The translations under genes and the position numbers were made by a program. Positions 39,929-49,249 of a stretch of DNA of 64,000 nucleotides are shown here, piece by piece. Under the pieces are notes generated by a model. It was given only the letters and a program-made list of their open reading frames with translations. It was not told the DNA's origin and searched no databases. The stretch comes from Nitrospirales bacterium. GTDB lineage: Bacteria; Nitrospirota; Nitrospiria; Nitrospirales; UBA8639. The stretch lies in NCBI GenBank assembly GCA_965223295.1, contig CBDCWC010000003.1, positions 1,408,001 through 1,472,000 on the forward strand. The letters are read 5' to 3'. The stretch's first letter is position 1, and each line of letters starts with the position of its first letter.

Positions 39929-40597
39929 TTATTTTTTCTTGTACCCCATTCGATCTAAGACTTTCATAATCCGTTTCTGAAGTTTCTCGTCTGCGTCACC
40001 TAAGGCCTGCGCCAAGGGTTCGACAGCAGGTTTCCCAATTTTTCGCAAAATCTCCGTAGCCGATTGACGGAGTTCGTCTTCTTCGTTTGTTAAAAGTGGC
40101 ACAACTTCAAGCACGCATGGCGCTCCGATCTTAATGAGCGCGTCATAGGCACGTTGGCGGACATCACCCACTTCATCATTCAGCATCTCCACTAAAGGCT
40201 TCACGGCAGCTTCGACTTTGAGTTCGCCCAATACTTCAATCGCATGCTTGCGATTCAGCCAATGGGTATCATTAAGATCGAGGAGCGCGGCATCGGCTGC
40301 GGCCACATTGGGGTCTTTGGAACGGATGCGAAAACTTTTGACGATGCGTTTGCCTTCTTCTTCGACGACACGGAGGGTGGCGCCATCGCCAAGTTTGATT
40401 TTCTGTAAATCTTCAAGGGCTTCTTCGCCGACATCCAACAAGACGGTCTTGCCGTCGTAGGCCAACAACTCGACTTCGATTTGGTTGGTCTCTAAATTGA
40501 TCGCCGACACATTTTCAGTCACAAGATTAAAGCCATCTTTCTTGGTACCTGATTTGGGGCCGATGGAGATGAGTTGTGCAGGTGCTTCATTTGCCAT
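39929..40597 (-). CDS. HEAT-repeat protein with N-terminal beta-rich (OB-like) domain
   Basis: N-terminal ~90 aa of alternating beta-strand pattern, then HEAT units (LNDEVGDVRQRAYDALIKIG). Confidence 0.8.
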   Translation of the reverse strand: MANEAPAQLISIGPKSGTKKDGFNLVTENVSAINLETNQIEVELLAYDGKTVLLDVGEEALEDLQKIKLGDGATLRVVEEEGKRIVKSFRIRSKDPNVAAADAALLDLNDTHWLNRKHAIEVLGELKVEAAVKPLVEMLNDEVGDVRQRAYDALIKIGAPCVLEVVPLLTNEEDELRQSATEILRKIGKPAVEPLAQALGDADEKLQKRIMKVLDRMGYKKK

Positions 40598-40655
40598 GAT
40601 AATGATGTGTCCTCAGATAGAAAGTGAACAAGGCCAAAATATTAATTAACAATTG

Positions 40656-41423
40656 CTATTTTGAAGAACTCGGTGTCCAGCCTAAACTCGATAGTGCGCC
40701 CTCTGCGGTATCCCGAACCATTTCATTCTCATCTTCCAATAGGGGAACCAGAGAGTCGATCGCACGACTATTCTTTAATCGAGCCAAGGATTCGGCGGCA
40801 TTGCGGCGCACCAGCCAATCTTCATCAGCTAAAGCCTCGATGAGTGGATCTATGGACTCCGGGTCACCAATTTTTCCTAACGCTTCCGCTGCATGACGAC
40901 GGACAATCCAATTGGAGGCATGCAGGCCTTCGACTAAGGCCGTCGTGGCACGTGAATCGCCAAGTTTTTTCAAGACACGGGCGGCATCTTCCCGAAGAGT
41001 GGCATCCATTAACGCATCAACTAAACCAGGAACTGCGTCTGGATGACCGATGCGTTCTAACGCCCAAATCGCCGCCGTTTTTACTCCGCCATCTTTATCA
41101 TTCCTAAGGGCATCAATCAACGGTTCCACGGAATTGTGGGCCCGCAATTTCCCCAGCGCAGTGGCCGCCTGTTCCCGGACCGACCATTCATCATCCTCTT
41201 TGAGCGCCTCAATAAGAGGGTCAATCGCAGGTTCCCCGACTTGAACCAACGCGCTGGTCGCAGCTTCCCGAATCACGCAATCATCTTCCAAAAACATATC
41301 AATCAGCTTCGGGATTGCCTCTGCGCCCACTTCACCCAAACGAGAAGCCGCATGATCGCGTAGAGCTTCGTTGTCATCCCGAAGTGCCGACAGCAAGGGA
41401 TTAACTTTATTCTGTTCTGTCAT
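40656..41423 (-). CDS. HEAT-repeat (PBS-lyase-like) protein
   Basis: Regular ~31-aa units, e.g. LADEDWLVRRNAAESLARL. Confidence 0.88.
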   Translation of the reverse strand: MTEQNKVNPLLSALRDDNEALRDHAASRLGEVGAEAIPKLIDMFLEDDCVIREAATSALVQVGEPAIDPLIEALKEDDEWSVREQAATALGKLRAHNSVEPLIDALRNDKDGGVKTAAIWALERIGHPDAVPGLVDALMDATLREDAARVLKKLGDSRATTALVEGLHASNWIVRRHAAEALGKIGDPESIDPLIEALADEDWLVRRNAAESLARLKNSRAIDSLVPLLEDENEMVRDTAEGALSSLGWTPSSSK

Positions 41424-41429
41424 TGGCTC

Positions 41430-42515
41430 TTACTCCTTTCCAGCCCAAGCTTTTTCATCCATTTGTGCAGCGGCAGCCTCCAGTTTGTCAAGGATAACCC
41501 CGGAATTATAGGAAATTAATCCGTCACGGTCTTGCTTTAATCGTGCAAACAATTCGGCATGGGGCCGCAACACTTCCACATCTTTCACTTTTTCCAAGGC
41601 TTCCACCGCCAAAATGCGAAGAGGACGAATAGGAATGACTTCAATAAAGAGCTCTACAGGACGAGAATCGCCGATGAGCCCCAAAGATTTCAAGGCATGT
41701 TCCTTCACGCCCGTGTCCTTATCTGACCGTAATCGTTCCATGAGAGGTTCAACGGCTCGAACATCGCCAATTTTACCTAAGGTGTCAGCTACGGCTTCCC
41801 GCACGATCCAGTCGTCATCTTCCAAATATTCCAAAAGAATTTCGACGGCTGGTCGACCAATGTGGTGCAATTGAATCACCGTCTCTTGCCGGGCTCCTTC
41901 TTTCAACTCCGATTCTTCCACATCCCGTAAGTCATCCAAGAGTTGATCAATACGATCACGAATCGCCCCAAGTTTTCGGAGAGTATCAGTAGCCAAGTCA
42001 CGAAGGTTCGGATCAGCCATTGCATCGACAAAGGCATCGGCTGATCGGGGATCCAGGAGCTGAGACAAAATTTCAGCAGCTCGCTGACGAATAGATTCAT
42101 CAGGATCTTTCAGACGTTCCGACAGTGGCCCGATAGACGTGGGAATCACCCCTAATAACGCGGTCACACGTTCTTGAATTCGCTCATCGGTTAAATGTTC
42201 CAACAGTGCGGCTGCGGTGGGTTCATCCAGAACGCCGGCCAGGTGTTCCAGTGCATCCATTGTAGCCTGACGAACTTCTTCGTCCTCTTCTTTCATGAGC
42301 CCCGCGAGAGCCAGTCCTGCTCGAGGATCCCCTAGACGGGCGAGCATTCTAATGGCTTCAATTTTATAATGAGAAGTTCCGGTTTCAATGGCCTGAATAA
42401 TCGCTTCTACAGCTTTAGGTCCACCTTTCATACAAGTGGACGTGGCGCGCATACGCCGCCAATCTTCTTCGTGATCCAACTCGGAAATAATCGTTTCAAA
42501 CGTTTCTTTTGGCAT
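41430..42515 (-). CDS. HEAT-repeat (PBS-lyase-like) protein
   Basis: Units such as LEDDDWIVREAVADTLGKIGD; acidic. Confidence 0.88.
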   Translation of the reverse strand: MPKETFETIISELDHEEDWRRMRATSTCMKGGPKAVEAIIQAIETGTSHYKIEAIRMLARLGDPRAGLALAGLMKEEDEEVRQATMDALEHLAGVLDEPTAAALLEHLTDERIQERVTALLGVIPTSIGPLSERLKDPDESIRQRAAEILSQLLDPRSADAFVDAMADPNLRDLATDTLRKLGAIRDRIDQLLDDLRDVEESELKEGARQETVIQLHHIGRPAVEILLEYLEDDDWIVREAVADTLGKIGDVRAVEPLMERLRSDKDTGVKEHALKSLGLIGDSRPVELFIEVIPIRPLRILAVEALEKVKDVEVLRPHAELFARLKQDRDGLISYNSGVILDKLEAAAAQMDEKAWAGKE

Positions 42516-42529
42516 TACTGTTCATTTGG

Positions 42530-43636
42530 TTAGAGGCGAACTTGTCCAGGTCTCCATCCGAGGTGGGAAAGGGATTCCAATACATGATGACGGAGATTGT
42601 CATTCTTTGTGGTCTTCAACAGTTGCAATAATGGGGTTTTGGCGGCAGCCCCGAAATGTGTGAGTGCTTCGGCAGACTCTTGGCGGAGTAATGTGCTGCG
42701 CAAGGCATCCATAAGAACCGGAACCGCTTGTGGGTCACCAATCTTCGCCAAGGCTTTCACGGCGGCCTCTAAAGGCGGAAGTTCTTCTTTATATTTTGGG
42801 TCCGTGCAACCCTCCATGCGCTCCTCGTATGCGTCAGCTGGAAGCGATTGGACAAGGGCCATCAATGGAGGCAGAGCTTCAACTGCTCGTAAGTTCCCCA
42901 GAGCCTCAATGGCTTTCAGTTGTAACGATGGTGTGGTGAGGGCATCTATTAACAAGGGAACGGCATGAGGATTCCCAATCTCACCCAGGGCTCGTACGGC
43001 ATCTTGCCTCACCGCAGAGTCGGAATCGTTCGCCACAAGATTCATCAAGGGAGCCACCGCGACCTCAGGTTTCAAAAGCGAGAGGGCCTCAATTGCACGC
43101 AAGCGGACACGCCAGTTCGGATCCTCCAGTCCTTTCAGAAGGGGAGGAATGCTGACTTCACCCAGGGCTTGAATTGCGCGGCTAGCTTCGTCCCGAACGG
43201 CTGGAACTTTATCTTGAAGCAACAAGATTAATGTATCAATCGAACGCGGATCTTTGATACGTGTGAGGCCTTTGGCGGCAGACATGCGTACAATCCAATT
43301 GGGATTCAACAGGGCCGAGAGCAGGGGCTCAAAAACTTGTTCATCAGCAATATTTGCGAGAATAGACGCTGCCGTTTCTTGGACTTGCAAGTTCGGATCA
43401 TTCAGGCAAAAGCCTAATGAGAGCACAGCCGGTTGCCCTAGAGTAGTTAAGGAGGCTGCCGCTGCTTCCCGAACGGCACGGTCTGAATCTCGAAGCAAGC
43501 GAATCAAGGGTTGAATGCTTCGGGGGTCGTCAAATTGTCCGAGAGCAACGGCCGCATCTTCTCGGACGCCCCAATCTTCATCATCCAAGGCGGCAATATG
43601 TTCAGCGACGGAATCAGGCATGTGACTGTGAGCCAA
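42530..43636 (-). CDS. HEAT-repeat (PBS-lyase-like) protein
   Basis: Units such as LDDEDWGVREDAAVALGQF. Confidence 0.88.
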   Translation of the reverse strand: MAHSHMPDSVAEHIAALDDEDWGVREDAAVALGQFDDPRSIQPLIRLLRDSDRAVREAAAASLTTLGQPAVLSLGFCLNDPNLQVQETAASILANIADEQVFEPLLSALLNPNWIVRMSAAKGLTRIKDPRSIDTLILLLQDKVPAVRDEASRAIQALGEVSIPPLLKGLEDPNWRVRLRAIEALSLLKPEVAVAPLMNLVANDSDSAVRQDAVRALGEIGNPHAVPLLIDALTTPSLQLKAIEALGNLRAVEALPPLMALVQSLPADAYEERMEGCTDPKYKEELPPLEAAVKALAKIGDPQAVPVLMDALRSTLLRQESAEALTHFGAAAKTPLLQLLKTTKNDNLRHHVLESLSHLGWRPGQVRL

Positions 43637-43782
43637 AAAAATGGTTCAGCTTCCTTGTCGAAAATTAGCTGGTACCTTTTCAAACTACCTAGGGAAAACC
43701 CGAAGGTCGACGTTACCACACGATTTTTTTTGCGGTCAAACTGGAAGAAGCTAAGAGGAGAAGAGAATGATATTGATGGGAT

Positions 43783-44148
43783 TTAGACTGATCGAAAGAC
43801 GGCTAACAGATCACTTAACGTCAACATTTTCACTCGTAAGACTTCCCGTTCTGTATGGAGAATACGGGACTGATCTCCATTGCCAGGATTCTTGAGAAAA
43901 TCCTGACACATCGCTGTGATCCGTTGAAACTCCACTTCGGCTTTGTCTCTCACCACACGGTTGGTGGCCAGTAGTTCTGCAACTTGGTCGTGAGTCGTTG
44001 CCAAATGTTGTTGAAACTCCTGTTCGGGAAGTGAGCGCCGGTGCTCCTCGTCTAAACATCGATCAATATACTGGCCTAAGAACACATAAAATCGGAGTAC
44101 TGTTTCGGTCGTCGTAATGTGAGGTACGTTTGAATCTTGTTCAGTCAT
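43783..44148 (-). CDS. Hypothetical helical protein
   Basis: 121-aa ORF co-oriented with the HEAT genes; AAGG RBS. Confidence 0.65.
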   Translation of the reverse strand: MTEQDSNVPHITTTETVLRFYVFLGQYIDRCLDEEHRRSLPEQEFQQHLATTHDQVAELLATNRVVRDKAEVEFQRITAMCQDFLKNPGNGDQSRILHTEREVLRVKMLTLSDLLAVFRSV

Positions 44149-44287
44149 CGGAACGCCTTAAAATTAATTAGTTTGAGAAAAAACACAAACAAGTTTAGAC
44201 CAGAATAGCGGGAAATGTGAGTAAAATCTACAAGGAAAATGAGATAGAGCTGAAAACTATTGATATCTTATCATTGCTCAATAGTCT

Positions 44288-44310
44288 TTTGTAATCAAAG
44301 TGATTACAAA
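44288..44310. promoter_or_regulatory. Operator-like inverted repeat at the antitoxin start
   Basis: TTTGTAATCA-AAG-TGATTACAAA perfect 10-bp arms ending on the A of ATG. Confidence 0.65.
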
Positions 44311-44546
44311 TGGATAAAGACACCAGAAATGTGATGGTCCGGTTGCCCGTCAGAATGCAGAAAAAGCTTGAACAAGTCCCTGCAGGAGTTGATCCATAAA
44401 GAAATTGGATAATCAACCATGCTATTGAAAATTACTTGGAGGTGTATGATTGGCAAAAAAACGCATTCGTGAATACCTGAAAAAAGTCGAAAAGGGAGGG
44501 AAATTCTATACGACGGAGCAAGTCAATGATGTCTCGAATCCTTTAA
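44310..44546 (+). pseudogene. CopG/RHH-family antitoxin pseudogene
   Basis: MDKDTRNVMVRLPVRMQKKLEQV...*RNWIINHAIENYLEVYDWQK / RIREYLKKVEKGGKFYTTEQV; one in-frame stop, frameshifts, 3' end cut by the MITE. Confidence 0.7.
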
Positions 44547-44771
44547 GAGATTGTCGAATAATACAAAACACGAGAGACAAGCTTGCTCATGATCACGTCG
44601 GATAGCAACAGCTTCGGGGCGGTTCAAAAAAGTCCGCTCGCCTGCGCGAAGCCGCTTCGGCGAAGCCAGGTCCAGCAAGGCCACAGCCATTTTTGCGCGA
44701 GGAGCGTACTAGTCCTACGTGAGCACGGAACAATGGTGAGAACGGTGCTGGAGGCTTTTTTCAACAGCCCC
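44547..44771. mobile_element. MITE family A copy 4 (225 bp = 191 + 34-bp nested insert)
   Basis: Same core as copy 1; flanks TTTAA/TCTAA; extra sequence at 44637-44670. Confidence 0.8.
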
Positions 44772-44779
44772 TCTAAGCC

Positions 44780-44924
44780 ATGATGAAAGTTGTGTGGTAT
44801 TGAAGAAGCTCTCCGTGATCTCAAAGAAATTGGTCGGTAAATCGCTGAGGATGATCCATCTGCGGCCGACCAGGTACTTACTAAAATCGAAGCATCTACA
44901 AATTTTCCCCAACATCATTCGTAA
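44780..44924 (+). pseudogene. RelE/ParE-family toxin pseudogene (5' part)
   Basis: MMKVVW / EEALRDLKEIGR*IAEDDPSAADQVLTKIEAS; frameshift, stop and truncation. Confidence 0.7.
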
Positions 44925-44997
44925 TTCGTCTCTCGCCACTCTGACTCTAACCGTACAGGGAGCATCAGGCTGCGATGAGGGTAAAAACCAAGACTTC

Positions 44998-45216
44998 TTA
45001 TGCCCATGACCGTTTTGATCGATTGATCTTATTACCGGTAAAGTGCCCGCAGCGCACACAACAAATACAGAACGGGGTCAGTTCATTGTTCCAGTCAGAA
45101 TGAATGTAGTCCTCGGGCACGAAGCGATCCGGCCATTCGTGTGGATATCCTTCCTGCGATATGGTGTGTCCACACGAAGGATTTTTACATTCTATGACGC
45201 TGACGATCCGGCTCAT
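44998..45216 (-). CDS. Small Cys-rich putative zinc-ribbon protein
   Basis: CKNPSCGH ... CICCVRCGH; GAGGA upstream of the ATG. Confidence 0.4.
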   Translation of the reverse strand: MSRIVSVIECKNPSCGHTISQEGYPHEWPDRFVPEDYIHSDWNNELTPFCICCVRCGHFTGNKINRSKRSWA

Positions 45217-45300
45217 AGTCTATGCTGATCCTCACTGTGACACTGCACTTGTAATTCTATCACAGGTCGTATCTTAACGTATGTTCTTGCTTTCCTAAGA

Positions 45301-45376
45301 CAGACCCGAGGCCTCTGACATGTGACGTTGCAGAGGCTAAATGTGGCCATTGATGTCATCATTATTCAACACTCTT
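45301..45376. mobile_element. MITE family A copy 5 (truncated, right module only)
   Basis: CAGACCCGAGGCCTCTGACATGTGACGTTGCAGAGGCTAAATGTGGCCATTGATGTCATCATTATTCAACAC matches 27689-27764 and 47066-47141. Confidence 0.75.
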
Positions 45377-45422
45377 CTAGACGAAATAGGCAAATAGATT
45401 CTAGTCTGATTCTCAAAGAAAA

Positions 45423-46913
45423 CTACTTTCCGACTTCTTCCTTGAAGGATTTGAGGAGGGAGATGATGAGAAGGATAATGACGAAGACGAAGGGGAAGGC
45501 GGCGAGGATGGCACCGGTTTGGAGACCTTTAAGGCCGCCGGACCAGAGGAGAATGGCTGCGGAGAGGGATTGAATGATGCCCCACGTAAATTTGATGTGA
45601 TTGGGTGGGTTGAGGCTGCCGTTAGTAGTCAAGGTTCCTAATACAAAAGTGGCCGAATCAGCTGAGGTGATAAAAAACGTGCCGATGAGGAAGATGGCAA
45701 TGAGCGACATGATCGTGCCCATGGGATATTGTTCTAAGACTGTGAAGAGCAGCACTTCCATCCCCTGTGATTCCATAACTTCTTTTAATGGCACGTTCTG
45801 AAAAAGCTCTAGGGAAATTCCTGTCCCGCCAAAGACCGTAAACCAGAAGGCACAAAAGATGGAGGGGACCAGTAAGACGCCTAGGACAAATTGGCGTACT
45901 GTCCGGCCTTTAGAAATTCTCGCGATAAAGGTTCCCACAAATGGCGCCCAGGCAATCCACCAGGCCCAGTAAAAGAGGGTCCAATCATGAATCCAGGTGG
46001 AATCGCTAAATGGATCCAGGTTGAGACTCATCGTTGGGAGGTTTTGAAGGTAATGCCCAAAGGTTGATGAGAAGACCGTCATAATAAAGTGGGTGGGTCC
46101 TAGAAATAATAAGAAGCAGAGTAACGAAAGGGCCAGGATCATGTTCAAATTACTAAGGTATTTAATCCCTCGTTGGAGGCCTGTTTGGGCTGAGAGCATG
46201 AAGAGCACGGTGACGATGGCGATTAAGGTCAACTGCGTCGTCAGTAAGTTGGGAAGGTCAAATACGTAAGACAATCCCCCGCTAATCTGCACGGCCCCAA
46301 AGCCCAGTGATGTGGCCACGCCGAAGACGGTGGCAAAGACGGCCACCACATCCACAGCGTATCCTAGCGGCCCGGTCGCGTGTCTGCCCAAGGCAGGCTG
46401 ACAGCCCAGACTAAAGAGTCCGGGCGTACCTTTTCGAAATTGAAAATAGGCCAGGGCTAAGGCAACCATGGTGTAAATTCCCCAAGGGTGAAGTCCCCAA
46501 TGAAAAAAGGAATATTGGAGAGCCAGACGTGCTGCTTGGGATGTTCCTCCTTCTCCGAATGGCGGGTCATGAAAATGTGACGTGGGTTCGGCAACTCCCC
46601 AAAACACCAGCCCTATGCCCATGCCGGCGCAAAAGAGCATGGCAAACCAGGTGGGAAGGTTAAACTCTGGTTTGGCATCATCTGGTCCGAGTGGAATATC
46701 CCCCCACCGGGAAAAAATCAAACAAAGAGCGCAAAGAAGAAAGCTGGAAGCGGCTAACACATAAAGCCAACCAAAGGAATCTAACATGGCTGTCTGAAGG
46801 GAACCAGTGATAGTGGCCAAATGATCAGGTGCGATCCCACCCCACAAAAGGAACAGAAAGGCCAAGGAGCAGGAGATGTTAAAAACGAGGGTGTTGGATT
46901 TGAAAGGGTTCAT
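45423..46913 (-). CDS. BCCT-family transporter (glycine betaine, OpuD/BetP-like)
   Basis: WFAMLFCAGMGIGLVFWGVAEP, FHWGLHPW, WTLFYWAWWIAWAPFVGTFIARISKGRT, TSADS; ~12 TM. Confidence 0.92.
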   Translation of the reverse strand: MNPFKSNTLVFNISCSLAFLFLLWGGIAPDHLATITGSLQTAMLDSFGWLYVLAASSFLLCALCLIFSRWGDIPLGPDDAKPEFNLPTWFAMLFCAGMGIGLVFWGVAEPTSHFHDPPFGEGGTSQAARLALQYSFFHWGLHPWGIYTMVALALAYFQFRKGTPGLFSLGCQPALGRHATGPLGYAVDVVAVFATVFGVATSLGFGAVQISGGLSYVFDLPNLLTTQLTLIAIVTVLFMLSAQTGLQRGIKYLSNLNMILALSLLCFLLFLGPTHFIMTVFSSTFGHYLQNLPTMSLNLDPFSDSTWIHDWTLFYWAWWIAWAPFVGTFIARISKGRTVRQFVLGVLLVPSIFCAFWFTVFGGTGISLELFQNVPLKEVMESQGMEVLLFTVLEQYPMGTIMSLIAIFLIGTFFITSADSATFVLGTLTTNGSLNPPNHIKFTWGIIQSLSAAILLWSGGLKGLQTGAILAAFPFVFVIILLIISLLKSFKEEVGK

Positions 46914-46950
46914 TAATGAGGAGACCTAGCGCACTGAGTGTAGCCCTACC

Positions 46951-47141
46951 GGGTTTGTTGAAAAAAGCCGTCAACGGCGTTCTCGCTATTTTTCCGTGCT
47001 CACATAATGCCAGTATACTCCGCGCGCAAAAATAGCTGCGGCCTTGCTGAACGGACTTTTTTGAACAGCCCTGAGGCCTCTGGCATCTGAGGTCGCAGAG
47101 ACGAAATGTGGCCGTTGATATCGTTATTATTCAACAGTCCC
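46951..47141. mobile_element. MITE family A copy 6 (191 bp)
   Basis: GGGTTTGTTGAAAAAA...TTTTTTGAACAGCCC...TATTCAACAGTCCC; CTACC duplicated on both flanks. Confidence 0.88.
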
Positions 47142-47392
47142 CTACCATAAATAGTCGTAGTGAACAACAAAAAAGGACGAGATATAACGGATTTGAGCAG
47201 ACGTTAAAGTTATATATAACCGACCTTTTGGTTGGTAGTTTTGGGGAGATGGTCGACTTTTTATAAGTGTTAATTGCTAAGTTATTTGTGGAGGATTTCT
47301 TGTTTAATTCCATAATTTCTTGTGTTTAGTATCTAAAGGCTTGCTCTCATGGGCGTAAATGGTTACATTCAAAGCTCTTCGGTACGCAATCG

Positions 47393-47434
47393 GGCCTTCC
47401 AAACGCTCGCAAGAGAAGTTCGGGGGCCTTTTTT
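47393..47434 (+). terminator. Terminator-like hairpin in the leader of the betaine-synthesis gene
   Basis: GGCCTTC...CTC-GCAA-GAG...GGGGGCC followed by TTTTTT, ~150 nt before the ATG. Confidence 0.45.
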
Positions 47435-47587
47435 ATTTCCCAATCATTGGAGGAGTGCAGGAATTCCGCACAAATATTGTGGAACCATTCTTTTGTCATA
47501 TCCCCCTCAACATACTGTGGTCTTTTCTTGACTCTCTTTCATGGAAGAGGGGTTTAGGCGGCGGTGCTCTTTTAGGAGGTTAGTCCC

Positions 47588-49249
47588 ATGGGTAAGAAGC
47601 AAGCGTATGGAGATAATCCCATCGCCAAACGAAAAACGGACCTGTACAAGGAGGAGTACGTCCATAGTTTTGTCCAAAAATGGGATGACCTGATTGACTG
47701 GGAAGCACGGGCCTCGAGTGAAGGTGACTTTTTTATCCGATTGTTAAAGGAGCGGGGGGTCCAACGTATTTTAGACGTGGCAACGGGAACAGGGTTTCAT
47801 TCTATCAGGCTCCTTCGGGCAGGATTCGATGTCACCAGTGCCGACGGTAGTCCAGAAATGTTAGCTAGAGCGTTTGAAAATGCCAGGCGAGCGGGCTTTA
47901 TTATGCGGACCATTCATGCTGATTGGCGGTGGTTGAGCCGGGATATCCACAATAAATATGATGCAGTCATTTGTTTAGGGAATTCTCTAACCCATTTGTT
48001 TGCCGAACAAGACCGGCGAAAAGCTCTGGCGGAATTTTACACAGCGTTGAAACATGATGGTGTGCTCATTCTGGATCAACGGAATTACGATGGCATATTA
48101 GATGATGGCTTTACCTCCAAGCATGTTTATTACTATTGCGGAGATAATGTCAGCGCGGAACCAGAATATGTCGATGAAGGGCTCGCACGGTTTCGCTATA
48201 CCTTTCCTGATAAAGAAATATTTCATTTGAATATGTATCCCTTACGGAAAGAATATACGCGGCGCCTTATGAATGAGGTGGGGTTTCAACAGGTCAAAAC
48301 CTATGCGGATTTTCAAGAAACCCACAAAGTCGAGGATCCCGATTTTTATGTCCATGTGGCTGAAAAGCTCTATAAAAATGAGGAACGTCCAACAACAATC
48401 TTAGGTAATTTGGGAGGACAGGCCTATTCCACTACGGTTGATACGGCTCGTGAATACTACAACAGTACGGATGCCGATCGGTTTTATGCCACGATTTGGG
48501 GTGGCGAGGATATCCATATTGGACTCTATGAATCTGAGAATGATTCAATTCTTGATGCCAGTAGACGGACTGTGGAGAAGATGGCCTCGACCGTCCAGAA
48601 TCTTGATTCAAAAACCCGTGTGTTGGATATCGGATCGGGGTATGGGGGCTCAGCTCGCTATCTGATGAAGAAATTTGGCTGTCAGGTAGGTTGCCTGAAT
48701 TTGAGCGAGATTCAAAATAAGCGAAATCGGGAATTGAATCAAAAAGAAGGGATTAGCCTGGCCATTAATGTTATTGATGGGAGCTTTGAAGAGATTCCCT
48801 TACCCGATAGCAGCGTTGATCTGGTGTGGTCGCAAGATGCTATTCTGCATAGCGGCGACCGCAAGAAGGTGTTTGAGGAAGTCTCTCGTGTTTTGGCAAA
48901 AGGCGGGCAATTCATCTTTACCGACCCGATGCAAAGTGAAAAATGTCCGAAAGATGTCTTGCAGCCTATTTTGGATCGCATTCATTTAGATTCTTTGGGA
49001 TCGATTGAATATTATCAGAAAGTCGCCAAAAAATTTGGATTACAAGAAATCGGAGTTATCGACTTATCAAAAAATTTACCGGCCCACTATGCACGTGTGC
49101 TTCAAGAGCTTGTGGCTCAACATAACAATCTTATTCGTGTGTGTTCGGAAGAATACCTGGTCAATATGAAAGTTGGATTACAGCATTGGGTCGATGCGGG
49201 AATGTCAGGGCACTTGACCTGGGGAATTTTACATTTCCAAAAAACCTAG
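47588..49249 (+). CDS. Fused glycine/sarcosine and sarcosine/dimethylglycine N-methyltransferase (GSMT-SDMT)
   Basis: N-domain FVQKWDDLIDW, LDVATGTGFHS, CLGNS, DQRNYD; C-domain AREYYNSTDADRFYATIWGGEDIHIG, LDIGSGYGG, WSQDAILH; TAGGAGG RBS. Confidence 0.9.
   Translation: MGKKQAYGDNPIAKRKTDLYKEEYVHSFVQKWDDLIDWEARASSEGDFFIRLLKERGVQRILDVATGTGFHSIRLLRAGFDVTSADGSPEMLARAFENARRAGFIMRTIHADWRWLSRDIHNKYDAVICLGNSLTHLFAEQDRRKALAEFYTALKHDGVLILDQRNYDGILDDGFTSKHVYYYCGDNVSAEPEYVDEGLARFRYTFPDKEIFHLNMYPLRKEYTRRLMNEVGFQQVKTYADFQETHKVEDPDFYVHVAEKLYKNEERPTTILGNLGGQAYSTTVDTAREYYNSTDADRFYATIWGGEDIHIGLYESENDSILDASRRTVEKMASTVQNLDSKTRVLDIGSGYGGSARYLMKKFGCQVGCLNLSEIQNKRNRELNQKEGISLAINVIDGSFEEIPLPDSSVDLVWSQDAILHSGDRKKVFEEVSRVLAKGGQFIFTDPMQSEKCPKDVLQPILDRIHLDSLGSIEYYQKVAKKFGLQEIGVIDLSKNLPAHYARVLQELVAQHNNLIRVCSEEYLVNMKVGLQHWVDAGMSGHLTWGILHFQKT

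Noticed and set aside
47359-47583. 74-aa ORF in the betaine-synthase leader as a leader peptide
   Set aside because: No clear RBS or motif, and it runs through the terminator-like hairpin; unsupported without translation data
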